IMG/VR virus record: IMGVR_UViG_3300032093_000079
DNA from: an uncultured virus (IMG/VR IMGVR_UViG_3300032093_000079)
Lineage: Duplodnaviria; Heunggongvirae; Uroviricota; Caudoviricetes
Direction: 5' to 3' (one strand)
DNA length: 20,000 nucleotides
The notes beneath the pieces are model-generated. The model did no database searches and was not told the DNA's origin. It was given only the letters and a program-made list of their open reading frames with translations. Made by a program: the position numbers and the translations under genes. Positions 1 through 7,626 of the stretch are shown one piece after another (position 1 is the first letter of the stretch; every line of letters begins with the position of its first letter).

Positions 1-1531
1 TGGCTTCGATCTCAACATCTGTCATTTTAAGCTCCTCTCTAATCAAGTATTCAGTAGCAAAGTATGGAGTTCCATCGTCTTTCATGATTCCTTTCTTAGC
101 GGTGAATGCAGCGATTCGTTTAGCTTCAATATCATTCTTCTTCATCTCCTCAAAGACGTTATCGTTGTGATACTTAACTCCTATCGCGTTGTTAAACTTA
201 TAATCATCGGCAAGTTCCGGAAAATCTAAACACATTTGTAAGTACCAAGGTTTCACCATCATTTCTGAAAAGGCCGATCTTAATCGATTAATAAATTTCT
301 GATACCTAACTTCTTCCCTAGTTATACCCTCAGCATTGAGAGTAAACGCACCCATTCCAGATTGACCTTCCCACCTAGAATAAGGAATCTTAGAATCCAT
401 TTTTAGTTTTTTATAGAAGTAATTTAAGAGCTCTGAGCCAGAAAGGTTTGGTCCAGGAGTCTGAAGAGTCTCGATCTTTACTTGCTGGTTTTGGTCGTTT
501 ACCGGCATGATATAATTCTTATAGAACATGATGTTTGGTTTACCATCAACGTTTAATTCTCCAGTGTCCCCATTAAAATAAATATCCTCTTTAAATAAGT
601 TTAAGAACTCTCGAACGTCTTCCTGTCCTTTTTGAAAGCTTTTACTTCCAATGGGAACTGTTGTAGTAAGTCGGATTGGAGCATTCATTACGTGCCAAAT
701 AACTTTACTGTGTTCAACTATCCTTAATAGGTTAAAGGATCTAATCAATCGTTCAACAAAGCTAACGCGTTTGGTCCTAAAATGATTAGCATAAGAAATA
801 TAGATCACCTGAGAATCGTTAAGAACCCTGGTAGAACCAGTCTGCTGATCGTACTGTAACCACTGTAAAAAGATCTTGCCCTTAGCATCCTTTTGTAATT
901 GAGGGGCTATGCTGGCGGGATCCAATTCCTTAAATCCAATTATCTCTTTAGGTTTTTCTAGATTATCATAGATGATCTCAAAGGAAAGGTGACCTTCTAC
1001 CAAGAACTGGAAGGCATATTGCCATGCAGCGATACCTTCGGCGAATCCCCAAGAATTATAAACTCTTTCAAAGTTATCATTGTACTTTTTAAGTACTTTT
1101 TCTTGAAAGTTTAAACGCTCTTCTTTAGTATCACCACGATAAAAGATCTTGCCCGTTAGGTCCCTAGGATAGAGAAAACGTTGTTCCTCATCGTAGACTA
1201 TCATGTCATCAACGATGGTCTCAAGAACAAACTCGATTTCTCCATTGGAGGCAACATCCCTTAGTCTTTCTCTCTTAACTACATAGTCCAATTGAAAAAA
1301 GGCAATTGCTTTGGTTCTTAGTTGAGAAGTAGTATCTGAGATGGCCATTGAGAACTTAAGAAGCTCGTCATTTGCGTTTAGTCTAGACGTTCTAGACTGT
1401 AGCTGGCTTTCGATAAAACCGATCGCTTGTGAGTTTCTAAGCAAAAGGTCTTCGTGTCGAGTACCAAACTTACTTAAGCTTGATAGCGTGCCGCTTACTT
1501 TTTTTCCTGATGTGTCTAAAAATCCTGCCAT
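1..1531 (-). CDS. gp20: Portal vertex protein, T4 gp20-like (3' end runs off the window; absent from the ORF track)
   Basis: Hand translation from ATG 1531 gives MAGFLDTSGKK...YVVKRERLRDVASNGEIEFVLETIVDDMIVYD...FQFLVEGHLSFEIIYD...GFKELDPASI...SFVERLIRSFNLLRIVEHSKVIWHVMNAPIR...YFYKKLKMDSKIPYSR...PYFATEYLIREELKMTDVEIEA. These blocks parallel T4 gp20 (EIVxDAIVY, ELRxLDP, NQLKLLEDAxxIYRITRAP, LYxALxVPxSR, MTDEEI). The segment at base 2 is in the same frame as the ATG. Confidence 0.9.
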   Translation of the reverse strand, partial: MAGFLDTSGKKVSGTLSSLSKFGTRHEDLLLRNSQAIGFIESQLQSRTSRLNANDELLKFSMAISDTTSQLRTKAIAFFQLDYVVKRERLRDVASNGEIEFVLETIVDDMIVYDEEQRFLYPRDLTGKIFYRGDTKEERLNFQEKVLKKYNDNFERVYNSWGFAEGIAAWQYAFQFLVEGHLSFEIIYDNLEKPKEIIGFKELDPASIAPQLQKDAKGKIFLQWLQYDQQTGSTRVLNDSQVIYISYANHFRTKRVSFVERLIRSFNLLRIVEHSKVIWHVMNAPIRLTTTVPIGSKSFQKGQEDVREFLNLFKEDIYFNGDTGELNVDGKPNIMFYKNYIMPVNDQNQQVKIETLQTPGPNLSGSELLNYFYKKLKMDSKIPYSRWEGQSGMGAFTLNAEGITREEVRYQKFINRLRSAFSEMMVKPWYLQMCLDFPELADDYKFNNAIGVKYHNDNVFEEMKKNDIEAKRIAAFTAKKGIMKDDGTPYFATEYLIREELKMTDVEIEA

Positions 1532-1532
1532 A

Positions 1533-2153
1533 TTATGATAATGTATTTGTTAAAAAGTCTTCCCAGACCACTGCCAGATTTATTGGATCTGGAAACATGC
1601 CCTCTATAGTAAGCGCAGGATTGACTAGCATGCCGAAGTTATCCCAGTCTATTAATCGAGCCTCAAGTATTTGGTCCATGTTATATTTATTTATTGCGTA
1701 ATTTAAGTTGTTTACCCCAAGTATAGTGCTCAAGGCCGAAGGAGTGATAAGATAGAACCTCTGATCGATTAATCTTCTCTCTTCAATAGAACGAAGAGCG
1801 CCGTCCTTATCGAACAAGTTATTTAGACCGTTGAGCTGAGAAAACTTCCAGTATGCTTCGAGGATCTTTGCGCTTGCCCTAGGCGGCATCGCCTTTAGGT
1901 TTAAGACAAGAGCAGTCTCTTTCCAATTATCGTGAAATAATAAAAGACCGACTGGGCTTAGATCCATGTAATTTTTACCGGAAATCTCTCTAACGATTTC
2001 TTCGGTTAGGCTTGGAACTTCTACCTGTGCCCTAAAGGAGTAAAACCTTCCTGGAATGACCTCATTTCTTCTTTGAACAATTCCTATTCTTCGAGCCGAC
2101 TCGTTAAGTGATAGGGATCCATCGTTCTTTTGTATGTCTTTAAAGTCTTTCAC
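1533..2153 (-). CDS. gp2: DNA end protector protein, T4 gp2-like
   Basis: PGRFYSF...YMDLSPVGLLL...LVLNLKAMPPRASAKIL resembles the T4 gp2 pattern PGRIYxF...YWDxFPL...GLNLHYIPPKAR. It lies next to a gp4 homologue, as in T4. GTG start. Confidence 0.65.
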   Translation of the reverse strand: MKDFKDIQKNDGSLSLNESARRIGIVQRRNEVIPGRFYSFRAQVEVPSLTEEIVREISGKNYMDLSPVGLLLFHDNWKETALVLNLKAMPPRASAKILEAYWKFSQLNGLNNLFDKDGALRSIEERRLIDQRFYLITPSALSTILGVNNLNYAINKYNMDQILEARLIDWDNFGMLVNPALTIEGMFPDPINLAVVWEDFLTNTLS

Positions 2154-2161
2154 CTAATATT

Positions 2162-2662
2162 CTACACCTTATTGAACAGAAAGTTTTCTGTAATTATTCC
2201 AAACCTCATATTATTCTTTTTGGCATAAACTTTTGCTGCCCTAAACTTAGCATCATTGATGATGTAAGCTTTAGCGTGTCTAGCATAATTAAGAGTCGCC
2301 TTCTCAGTCAATCTATTTGGAGCTTCGGGTGGAGTCAGATACTTTTGAGGCTTGACCTCAATGAGCCATTTTGTGATCTCTCCATCCGGCGACTTGGTTG
2401 CCATGTAACAGTCAACCCAATAAGTAGATTCTTTTTTTAGGATCGGATTCCAATAGGCGATTGGAACGGGTTCGGATGCATATTCGACTACTGCTTCAGT
2501 GTTATCACAGTAGGATAGAAACTTAAGTTCCCAGCTTGATCTGTAAATTATCTTTGAAACGTCTCCCGAATATTTTTCAGGATTCATTGGAGTAAAATAA
2601 CCTTGTTTGACCTTTCCTTTTTGAGGTTTTAGAAAGTCATGTATGTCTCGTTCTTGTTTCAT
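2162..2662 (-). CDS. gp4: Head completion nuclease, T4 gp4-like (TnsA-N/PD-(D/E)xK fold)
   Basis: QGYFTPMNPEKYSGD..IIYRSSWELKFLSYCD, ASEP..IAY, YWVD, LIEVKP, N.AKFRAA, FGIITE are the canonical gp4 blocks. Confidence 0.92.
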   Translation of the reverse strand: MKQERDIHDFLKPQKGKVKQGYFTPMNPEKYSGDVSKIIYRSSWELKFLSYCDNTEAVVEYASEPVPIAYWNPILKKESTYWVDCYMATKSPDGEITKWLIEVKPQKYLTPPEAPNRLTEKATLNYARHAKAYIINDAKFRAAKVYAKKNNMRFGIITENFLFNKV

Positions 2663-2668
2663 ATTAAT

Positions 2669-2675
2669 TATTTAT
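2669..2675 (-). promoter_or_regulatory. Putative late promoter (ATAAATA core) for gp4-gp2-portal
   Basis: The minus strand reads AAATAAATAATTAAT-ATG. The site sits just downstream of the 2681-2709 terminator and shares its core with 7 other intergenic sites. Confidence 0.6.
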
Positions 2676-2680
2676 TTAAT

Positions 2681-2709
2681 AAAAAACCCGCCTCGGTTAG
2701 GTGGCGGGT
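2681..2709 (-). terminator. Rho-independent terminator
   Basis: Minus strand ACCCGCC-ACCTAACCGA-GGCGGGT followed by a T run, about 30 nt after the stop of ORF 2741..3049. Confidence 0.85.
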
Positions 2710-2740
2710 CAAGCAAACTCTTAATATGTCAAAATTAAGA

Positions 2741-3049
2741 TTATCCTAAGTATTTTTCGATTAGTCCATCAGCGTCGTCTGGACCAAGCTTTCCTTTTTC
2801 TACTAGTTTTACCAATAGTGCAGCGATCGCCAGTTTTTCTGGCATGTCGTCTTCTGACATTTCAACGTCTCCTTTTTCTGCTGCTTCTGCAAGATCAGAA
2901 TAAGCGCCCTCAGCTGCCTCTTCGATGTCTTCCTCTGAACCGACTAGCTCAACTAGTTCATCGAACAAAGATTCATCGATCTCAAATGGAATTTCAGATT
3001 CTTCCATTTCATTTAGTTTATATTCTCTAAAAGACATTACTCTTTTCAT
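2741..3049 (-). CDS. Small, highly acidic hypothetical protein; candidate internal head protein
   Basis: 102 aa with about 31 D/E by hand count. N-terminus MKRVMSFREYKLNE. It has its own late-type motif and terminator. Confidence 0.75.
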   Translation of the reverse strand: MKRVMSFREYKLNEMEESEIPFEIDESLFDELVELVGSEEDIEEAAEGAYSDLAEAAEKGDVEMSEDDMPEKLAIAALLVKLVEKGKLGPDDADGLIEKYLG

Positions 3050-3060
3050 GAAGTTTTAAT

Positions 3061-3074
3061 TTTTTATTATTTAT
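3061..3074 (-). promoter_or_regulatory. Putative late promoter ATAAATAATAAAAA
   Basis: Exact 14-mer on the minus strand, 11 nt upstream of ATG 3049. Confidence 0.7.
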
Positions 3075-4211
3075 TTAAACATAGAGCAAATCTAATGGAG
3101 ATTCAGAAAAGTATTGTAAAACTGTTGCATTGAAGGAGTCGAACGTGAGGGAGCTATCGTGCTTAAGCATGAACGAATATAGGTCATTCACATCCTTAAT
3201 GAGTCTAACGTTCCGATAATCCGCATTGTACTTTTTTCGAAGATCTGCCATCATCTTATTCCATAAAAATACTCGATATCCCTTTTTAATCAAGTCGACC
3301 GATTGTGTCTTACCCGCAACATCACTATCAAATAGGATCAAAGTATTTGATTTACTTAATAGGTTTTCAAGTAACAGCTTGCTCTTGGAGATGCCAGTCG
3401 TTGCAATCGAGTTATTTAAAAACATCGCATCAATCTGGCCCTCAGTCACTAGAATGGGTTTTGAGAAATCGACATTTAGCACATTAAAATAGTTGTTGAT
3501 CGAATCGATATCAGAAACGATATCGTCTTCAACGTTTCGAACAAGACCGTTCTTCTTTAGTTCAGAGTAGTTTTTAATCAGGTATTTTGGTCCAATTACA
3601 TCTTCTCCGATTCGACGTATCGCGAATCCTAGGACCTTACCTGACTTGAGATCAATATTAAATAAATAGATCTTATCGTCTCGAGAGTCAAAGTATGCAC
3701 ACTCATTAAAAAGAGGAAGGTCTAGCAGGCTTCGATTTCGGATGAAGGAGCCGACTCTTGAGTCAGCATCAGCCTCACAGCACGGAGACAGCGAAAAACG
3801 GTCAACCATTGCATCTATTCTTAGCAGGTGGTCACCGACGTTCTTACTAATTAAAAATTCTATGAGCGAGCCTCTCTTCTTCCTAGTCGTCTGAGGAGTC
3901 CATTTTACTTCAGGAGACTTTATGTCAGGAACACCCAACGAATATTTAAGAGAAAACTTTGAAATAAACTTAGTGAGATCTACCTTTACTCCACAACCAT
4001 CATTATAACACTTATAGAAGCTACGATCAGGATATAAGTTTCCTCTCTTTTTTCGAGAATCGGATTTGGAGTCTCCGCAATATGGACAAGCAAAATTAAT
4101 TTTATCGCCAGACTCGTATACTTCTTGCTTAAATCGATCTTCGGGAAACCTCTTTTTTAAGAGATCTTTTATGAATTGGTGTATGTTGTATCCAGTCAAT
4201 AGGTTAATCAT
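3075..4211 (-). CDS. gp61: DNA primase, T4 gp61-like
   Basis: Zn-binding INFACPYCGDS...KKRG...YKCYNDGC, TOPRIM motifs LVTEGQIDAMFL and LFDSDVAGK, and C-terminal KDVND. The start overlaps the polymerase stop (ATGATTAA). Confidence 0.92.
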   Translation of the reverse strand: MINLLTGYNIHQFIKDLLKKRFPEDRFKQEVYESGDKINFACPYCGDSKSDSRKKRGNLYPDRSFYKCYNDGCGVKVDLTKFISKFSLKYSLGVPDIKSPEVKWTPQTTRKKRGSLIEFLISKNVGDHLLRIDAMVDRFSLSPCCEADADSRVGSFIRNRSLLDLPLFNECAYFDSRDDKIYLFNIDLKSGKVLGFAIRRIGEDVIGPKYLIKNYSELKKNGLVRNVEDDIVSDIDSINNYFNVLNVDFSKPILVTEGQIDAMFLNNSIATTGISKSKLLLENLLSKSNTLILFDSDVAGKTQSVDLIKKGYRVFLWNKMMADLRKKYNADYRNVRLIKDVNDLYSFMLKHDSSLTFDSFNATVLQYFSESPLDLLYV

Positions 4212-5637
4212 TTTCTTCCTCTAATTCAAGAACAGGATTATTTTTCTCCTTTTTCTTAGTCATTCTCTTCAAGTACTTATCTAGTTCCGGCTTGGGCACA
4301 ATCGTTGTGTTTAGACCATATCGTGTGATGACTCCCAAATATTCTTGAAAATCTTCTTCTGGAATTTCAGCATCGGGGTTACCGATCATCTTCCAAAATT
4401 TCTCTGGAACCTCAACGTATTCCAATGTCTCTTGATCAACGATGTATAAAGGATAAATCTCAGCATCAGTTAAAACCTTTTTGCTCTTTACTGTGACGAC
4501 ATCGACTGACCTTTTTAGATTGATATCGAGCGAACTCATCTTCATTGCAGTAAGAAGACGATTGACAGGTTCGACTATTAGCGAAAAGAATTGAGCATCG
4601 ATATCCATCAGCAGAGCGATTTCATCCGGATATGTTCCAGGAGAATATGCAAAGACGTCGTGACCTCCATCATTTGTTTCAGGATTGCAATAATAAAACT
4701 TGATCTTGTCCTTTTCTCTAATCTTAGGGTATTTTTCAACAAGTCCCGTCTTGATCAGGATGTGATTATAGATGGCGGCTGCCCTAGGGAAGATGGAAAT
4801 TCCTTTTTTAAGTTCCAATCTCTCTTCACTAGCAACGTATTTATTGTATATTCTGATATTAAAGTTAAATGCAAGATCGTCAGGATGCAGGGAAAGAGCT
4901 TCATTTTTAAGAGCAGTAAGTCGAGGCACGATATCTTTTTCAATATCAAGACGTTTACCTCGATCCATAATGAAAGACGTGAGATCGATTAGCTTTTCTC
5001 TAGCCCAGATTGGATATGATCCTTTTACTGGTTCAAGACCCTTGATTATTAGATACCTTTTTTGTTGAGGCTCAAGCTCATAGTTTGGATTGGGTTCGTA
5101 TGCGACTCGAATGGCATAGTTCTTCTTTTTAAGCCAGATTCCAGTCTCAGAAAGGTTTTCTAATTTGAACTTAAGTCGATTCTTAGTATTAAACAGACGC
5201 CCATATTTTTCAAAACAAATATCAAAGTAATTAGAGAGTCGATATCGATCGATGTTGATACATATATTCAATGCTTCGTCTTTTGTAAAGCTAGCCCCTA
5301 CTATTGAGTCAAGTGCAGAGTCAAACTGGACATAGATTGAATCAGTATCTGTGTAGATCGCAGCCTCGTCTTCTATCTTATTAATAGTATATCCATCGAT
5401 TCCTAATTTTTGATGTAACTCAGTATCAAGATGCCATTTTTCTAAAAAATAGTGATTTACTGCTTTAATTGAAAACTTAATTAGATCCTGTCCCTGTAAA
5501 GTGATGGACTGCGCAATATCTGGATTGTAAAAATAGAACCACTTGTTTCCAAAGGCACCATAAATAGAGTTAATTAAGATCTTAATCGCATTCTGTTTAA
5601 GGTCTAATTTTTTAATTTGTTTTTCTTTGTTTTCCAT
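4204..5637 (-). CDS. Family-B DNA polymerase, C-terminal subunit only (gp43B-like: fingers-palm-thumb)
   Basis: Motif B QNAIKILINSIYGAFGN lies within the first 31 aa, followed by SITLQGQ, motif C YTDTDS, KKKNYA and IKGLE. There is no exonuclease domain and no motif A (DxxSLYP). Confidence 0.92.
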   Translation of the reverse strand: MENKEKQIKKLDLKQNAIKILINSIYGAFGNKWFYFYNPDIAQSITLQGQDLIKFSIKAVNHYFLEKWHLDTELHQKLGIDGYTINKIEDEAAIYTDTDSIYVQFDSALDSIVGASFTKDEALNICINIDRYRLSNYFDICFEKYGRLFNTKNRLKFKLENLSETGIWLKKKNYAIRVAYEPNPNYELEPQQKRYLIIKGLEPVKGSYPIWAREKLIDLTSFIMDRGKRLDIEKDIVPRLTALKNEALSLHPDDLAFNFNIRIYNKYVASEERLELKKGISIFPRAAAIYNHILIKTGLVEKYPKIREKDKIKFYYCNPETNDGGHDVFAYSPGTYPDEIALLMDIDAQFFSLIVEPVNRLLTAMKMSSLDINLKRSVDVVTVKSKKVLTDAEIYPLYIVDQETLEYVEVPEKFWKMIGNPDAEIPEEDFQEYLGVITRYGLNTTIVPKPELDKYLKRMTKKKEKNNPVLELEEEND

Positions 5638-5643
5638 GTAGTT

Positions 5644-5670
5644 TTATACTTTATTTTTAAAAACTGGTTT
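5644..5670 (-). promoter_or_regulatory. Putative early/middle promoter AAAC-N18-TATAA
   Basis: Minus strand AAAC CAGTTTTTAAAAATAAAG TATAA AACTAC ATG. The same architecture occurs at 3 other sites. Confidence 0.55.
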
Positions 5671-5762
5671 AATGGTGATAAGATACTATTTTTTCATGAG
5701 GATTTTATGGTCTGTTTGAATCTATCGAGAGATCATCCATACAAGATCGAGTGGATTTCAAA

Positions 5763-5776
5763 ATAAATAATAAAAA
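5763..5776 (+). promoter_or_regulatory. Putative late promoter ATAAATAATAAAAA
   Basis: Exact 14-mer, 10 nt upstream of ATG 5787. Confidence 0.7.
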
Positions 5777-5786
5777 GAAGATAGCT

Positions 5787-6413
5787 ATGGAAGACCATAA
5801 CTACAAAGAGGCGGAGGGAAAACTATTGGACCTAAGGAAGGTTCTTCCATTTATGGCAGAATTTCCTTTTCCTGATTATGAGATTACTGTTGTAGAAAAA
5901 GGCAGTAGTTTTGTTTCGTTAGGAATATCTCCGATCCTAATCAATGCATTCGGCGACACCGGAACATCAGCTATCGTTAATTTTGATTATCCTGAATCCG
6001 ACTCAAACGTAACTATCTCAATCTATAAAGATGACATTGAGTGGATTGCCCAAGAATCTAATAAGATTAAAAAGATGGATAAACTTCGACTTCTATTGGA
6101 CCTATCTCTGGAAAGTGATAACTTGATTGAAAAAATAAAGGCAATTCGAGTGGGTAAAAAATTCATTCGATTATTGGATTGTGAAAACTTTACTGAGTTT
6201 GATGTAGGCGACGTCATCTCTGATTTTATTTTGATCTATGAGACGGTCCTTCCTTCAAAGGTAAAATTGGCTTTGCAAAAACTAAGCGAATCTGCGTTAA
6301 AATCCACTGAATTTTCAGAAAAACAATTTAAAGTAGCGACAGCTTTTCTTAATTTTCAAATCCACTATATAAAGATCCTACTAGGGATCGTGATTGCAGC
6401 TAAAATATATTAA
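5787..6413 (+). CDS. Hypothetical protein (208 aa; start revised from GTG 5751 to ATG 5787)
   Basis: Long ORF ending 3 nt before phoH. The promoter-like motif lies within the first 12 codons of the track ORF, which favours ATG 5787. Hydrophobic C-terminal tail IKILLGIVIAAKIY. No family recognised. Confidence 0.75.
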   Translation: MEDHNYKEAEGKLLDLRKVLPFMAEFPFPDYEITVVEKGSSFVSLGISPILINAFGDTGTSAIVNFDYPESDSNVTISIYKDDIEWIAQESNKIKKMDKLRLLLDLSLESDNLIEKIKAIRVGKKFIRLLDCENFTEFDVGDVISDFILIYETVLPSKVKLALQKLSESALKSTEFSEKQFKVATAFLNFQIHYIKILLGIVIAAKIY

Positions 6414-6416
6414 CAC

Positions 6417-7175
6417 ATGGCAAAAAAAAGATTAAGTAAAGAGGAATTAGAGGATATTGAAACTTGGCAAAGAGAGCGAGAGGCACTAACGACTGCAAAA
6501 ATGTTTACTAATAAAATAGAGATAAAATGCAGATCTAAAGCTCAAAAGGACGCGATGAATGCGATAGAAAACCACGATATCTCTATCGTGACCGGTCCTC
6601 CAGGAACAGGTAAGACTTATCTTTCTTGTGCTCGAGCTCTCAAGTACTTAAAGGAGGATCCTGGAACCTACAAAAAGATCATCTTAATAAAATCAGTTAA
6701 CGTGCCCAAGGACGAGGAGATCGGATATTTAAAAGGAACGCTAGAAGAAAAAATGGAGATGTACATGTATCCATTCATCTCAAATTTTCACAAAGTAATA
6801 GGTAAACAGGCTACTGAGTCGTTAAAAGCGAATGGGGCGATTGAGATCTTGCCTATCAAATTTGCATTGGGCGTAACTCTAGACAATGCAATAATCCTGG
6901 TCGACGAAGCTCAACAGATCGCAAAGGACCATCTTCATACTCTCATAACTAGGATCGGAAATGATTCTAAAATGGTTTTCTTGGGAGATATTAAGCAAAA
7001 ATCAGTAAACAAAGGACAAAAAAGCGCTCTTGAGATCCTGATGGAGTATTTTGTTGAGATCGAGGAGATAGGAATAGCTCAACTTTCAAACGAGGATATT
7101 GTACGTCACCCAATAATTAAAAAAATAGAAGAAGTTTTTGAAAAGATCGAAAATAACGAGAAGTTGAATAAATAA
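6417..7175 (+). CDS. phoH: PhoH-family ATPase
   Basis: GPPGTGKTYL (Walker A), IGYLKGTLEEKM, ILVDEAQ (Walker B), ITRIG, FLGD..Q, DIVRHP. Confidence 0.92.
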   Translation: MAKKRLSKEELEDIETWQREREALTTAKMFTNKIEIKCRSKAQKDAMNAIENHDISIVTGPPGTGKTYLSCARALKYLKEDPGTYKKIILIKSVNVPKDEEIGYLKGTLEEKMEMYMYPFISNFHKVIGKQATESLKANGAIEILPIKFALGVTLDNAIILVDEAQQIAKDHLHTLITRIGNDSKMVFLGDIKQKSVNKGQKSALEILMEYFVEIEEIGIAQLSNEDIVRHPIIKKIEEVFEKIENNEKLNK

Positions 7176-7187
7176 ATAAAAATAAAA
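7168..7187 (+). promoter_or_regulatory. Putative late promoter (ATAAATAAATAAAAATAAAA)
   Basis: Two overlapping ATAAATA cores overlap the phoH stop, upstream of ATG 7199. Confidence 0.55.
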
Positions 7188-7198
7188 GCAAGAGTATT

Positions 7199-7573
7199 AT
7201 GAAAAATCAAATAAAGACTTTTAATCAATTTATCAATGAGAGTCGCAGACATTCAGAAGTACAAGAGAGCCTTTTTGGACCTAGTGAAAAAGATCTAGAG
7301 CTTAGAAAAATGGATTTGATCAGAAAGATCGACGACGCGTTAGAAGAAGAAGGACTAACTGATGCAGATTTATATAATTCAGTTGAGTCAGTTATTAGAC
7401 AGGCTGAACAACATGACTATGATGGAAAAATTAGCATTGAGCAAGGAAGAACTGGCAATATCGTCATGTTATTTAGACCTACTCCATCCAAGTTCTACAA
7501 GTCAAGCTTCTATAAAAACTTCGCAGAACCTTTGACTCAAGGTATGAGAAAGTTTCAACCTAAAATGTATTAA
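7199..7573 (+). CDS. Hypothetical protein; candidate internal head protein
   Basis: 124 aa. The N-terminus MKNQIKTFNQFINES closely resembles the T4 capsid-targeting sequence (MKTYQEFIAE type). Confidence 0.75.
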   Translation: MKNQIKTFNQFINESRRHSEVQESLFGPSEKDLELRKMDLIRKIDDALEEEGLTDADLYNSVESVIRQAEQHDYDGKISIEQGRTGNIVMLFRPTPSKFYKSSFYKNFAEPLTQGMRKFQPKMY

Positions 7574-7598
7574 TTAAAAATTTAATTTAATTAAAAAT

Positions 7599-7626
7599 AA
7601 AAGCGACTCAGTTGGGTCGCTTTTTT
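7599..7626. terminator. Probable bidirectional intrinsic terminator between convergent genes
   Basis: AAAAGCGAC-TCAGTTGG-GTCGCTTTTTT: an inverted repeat flanked by an A tract and a T tract, overlapping the helicase stop codon. Confidence 0.75.

Noticed and set aside
2162..2662. TnsA-like transposase / Tn7 element
   Set aside because: The fold is shared, but the sequence and context match phage gp4. No tnsB/tnsC genes or terminal repeats are present.
5751..5786. GTG start at 5751 given by the ORF track
   Set aside because: These codons contain the ATAAATAATAAAAA motif, and ATG 5787 fits the spacing seen at the other sites.
5560..5790. Split intein, intron or frameshift explaining the truncated polymerase
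   Set aside because: No intein C-terminal HN-[CST] signature precedes motif B. The 150-bp upstream gap has no polymerase-like frame or evident intron structure, and it carries promoter-like motifs in both directions.
7571..7598. Direct repeat TAATTAAAAAT x2
   Set aside because: A short, pure A/T duplication next to a terminator, with only two copies and no evidence of function.
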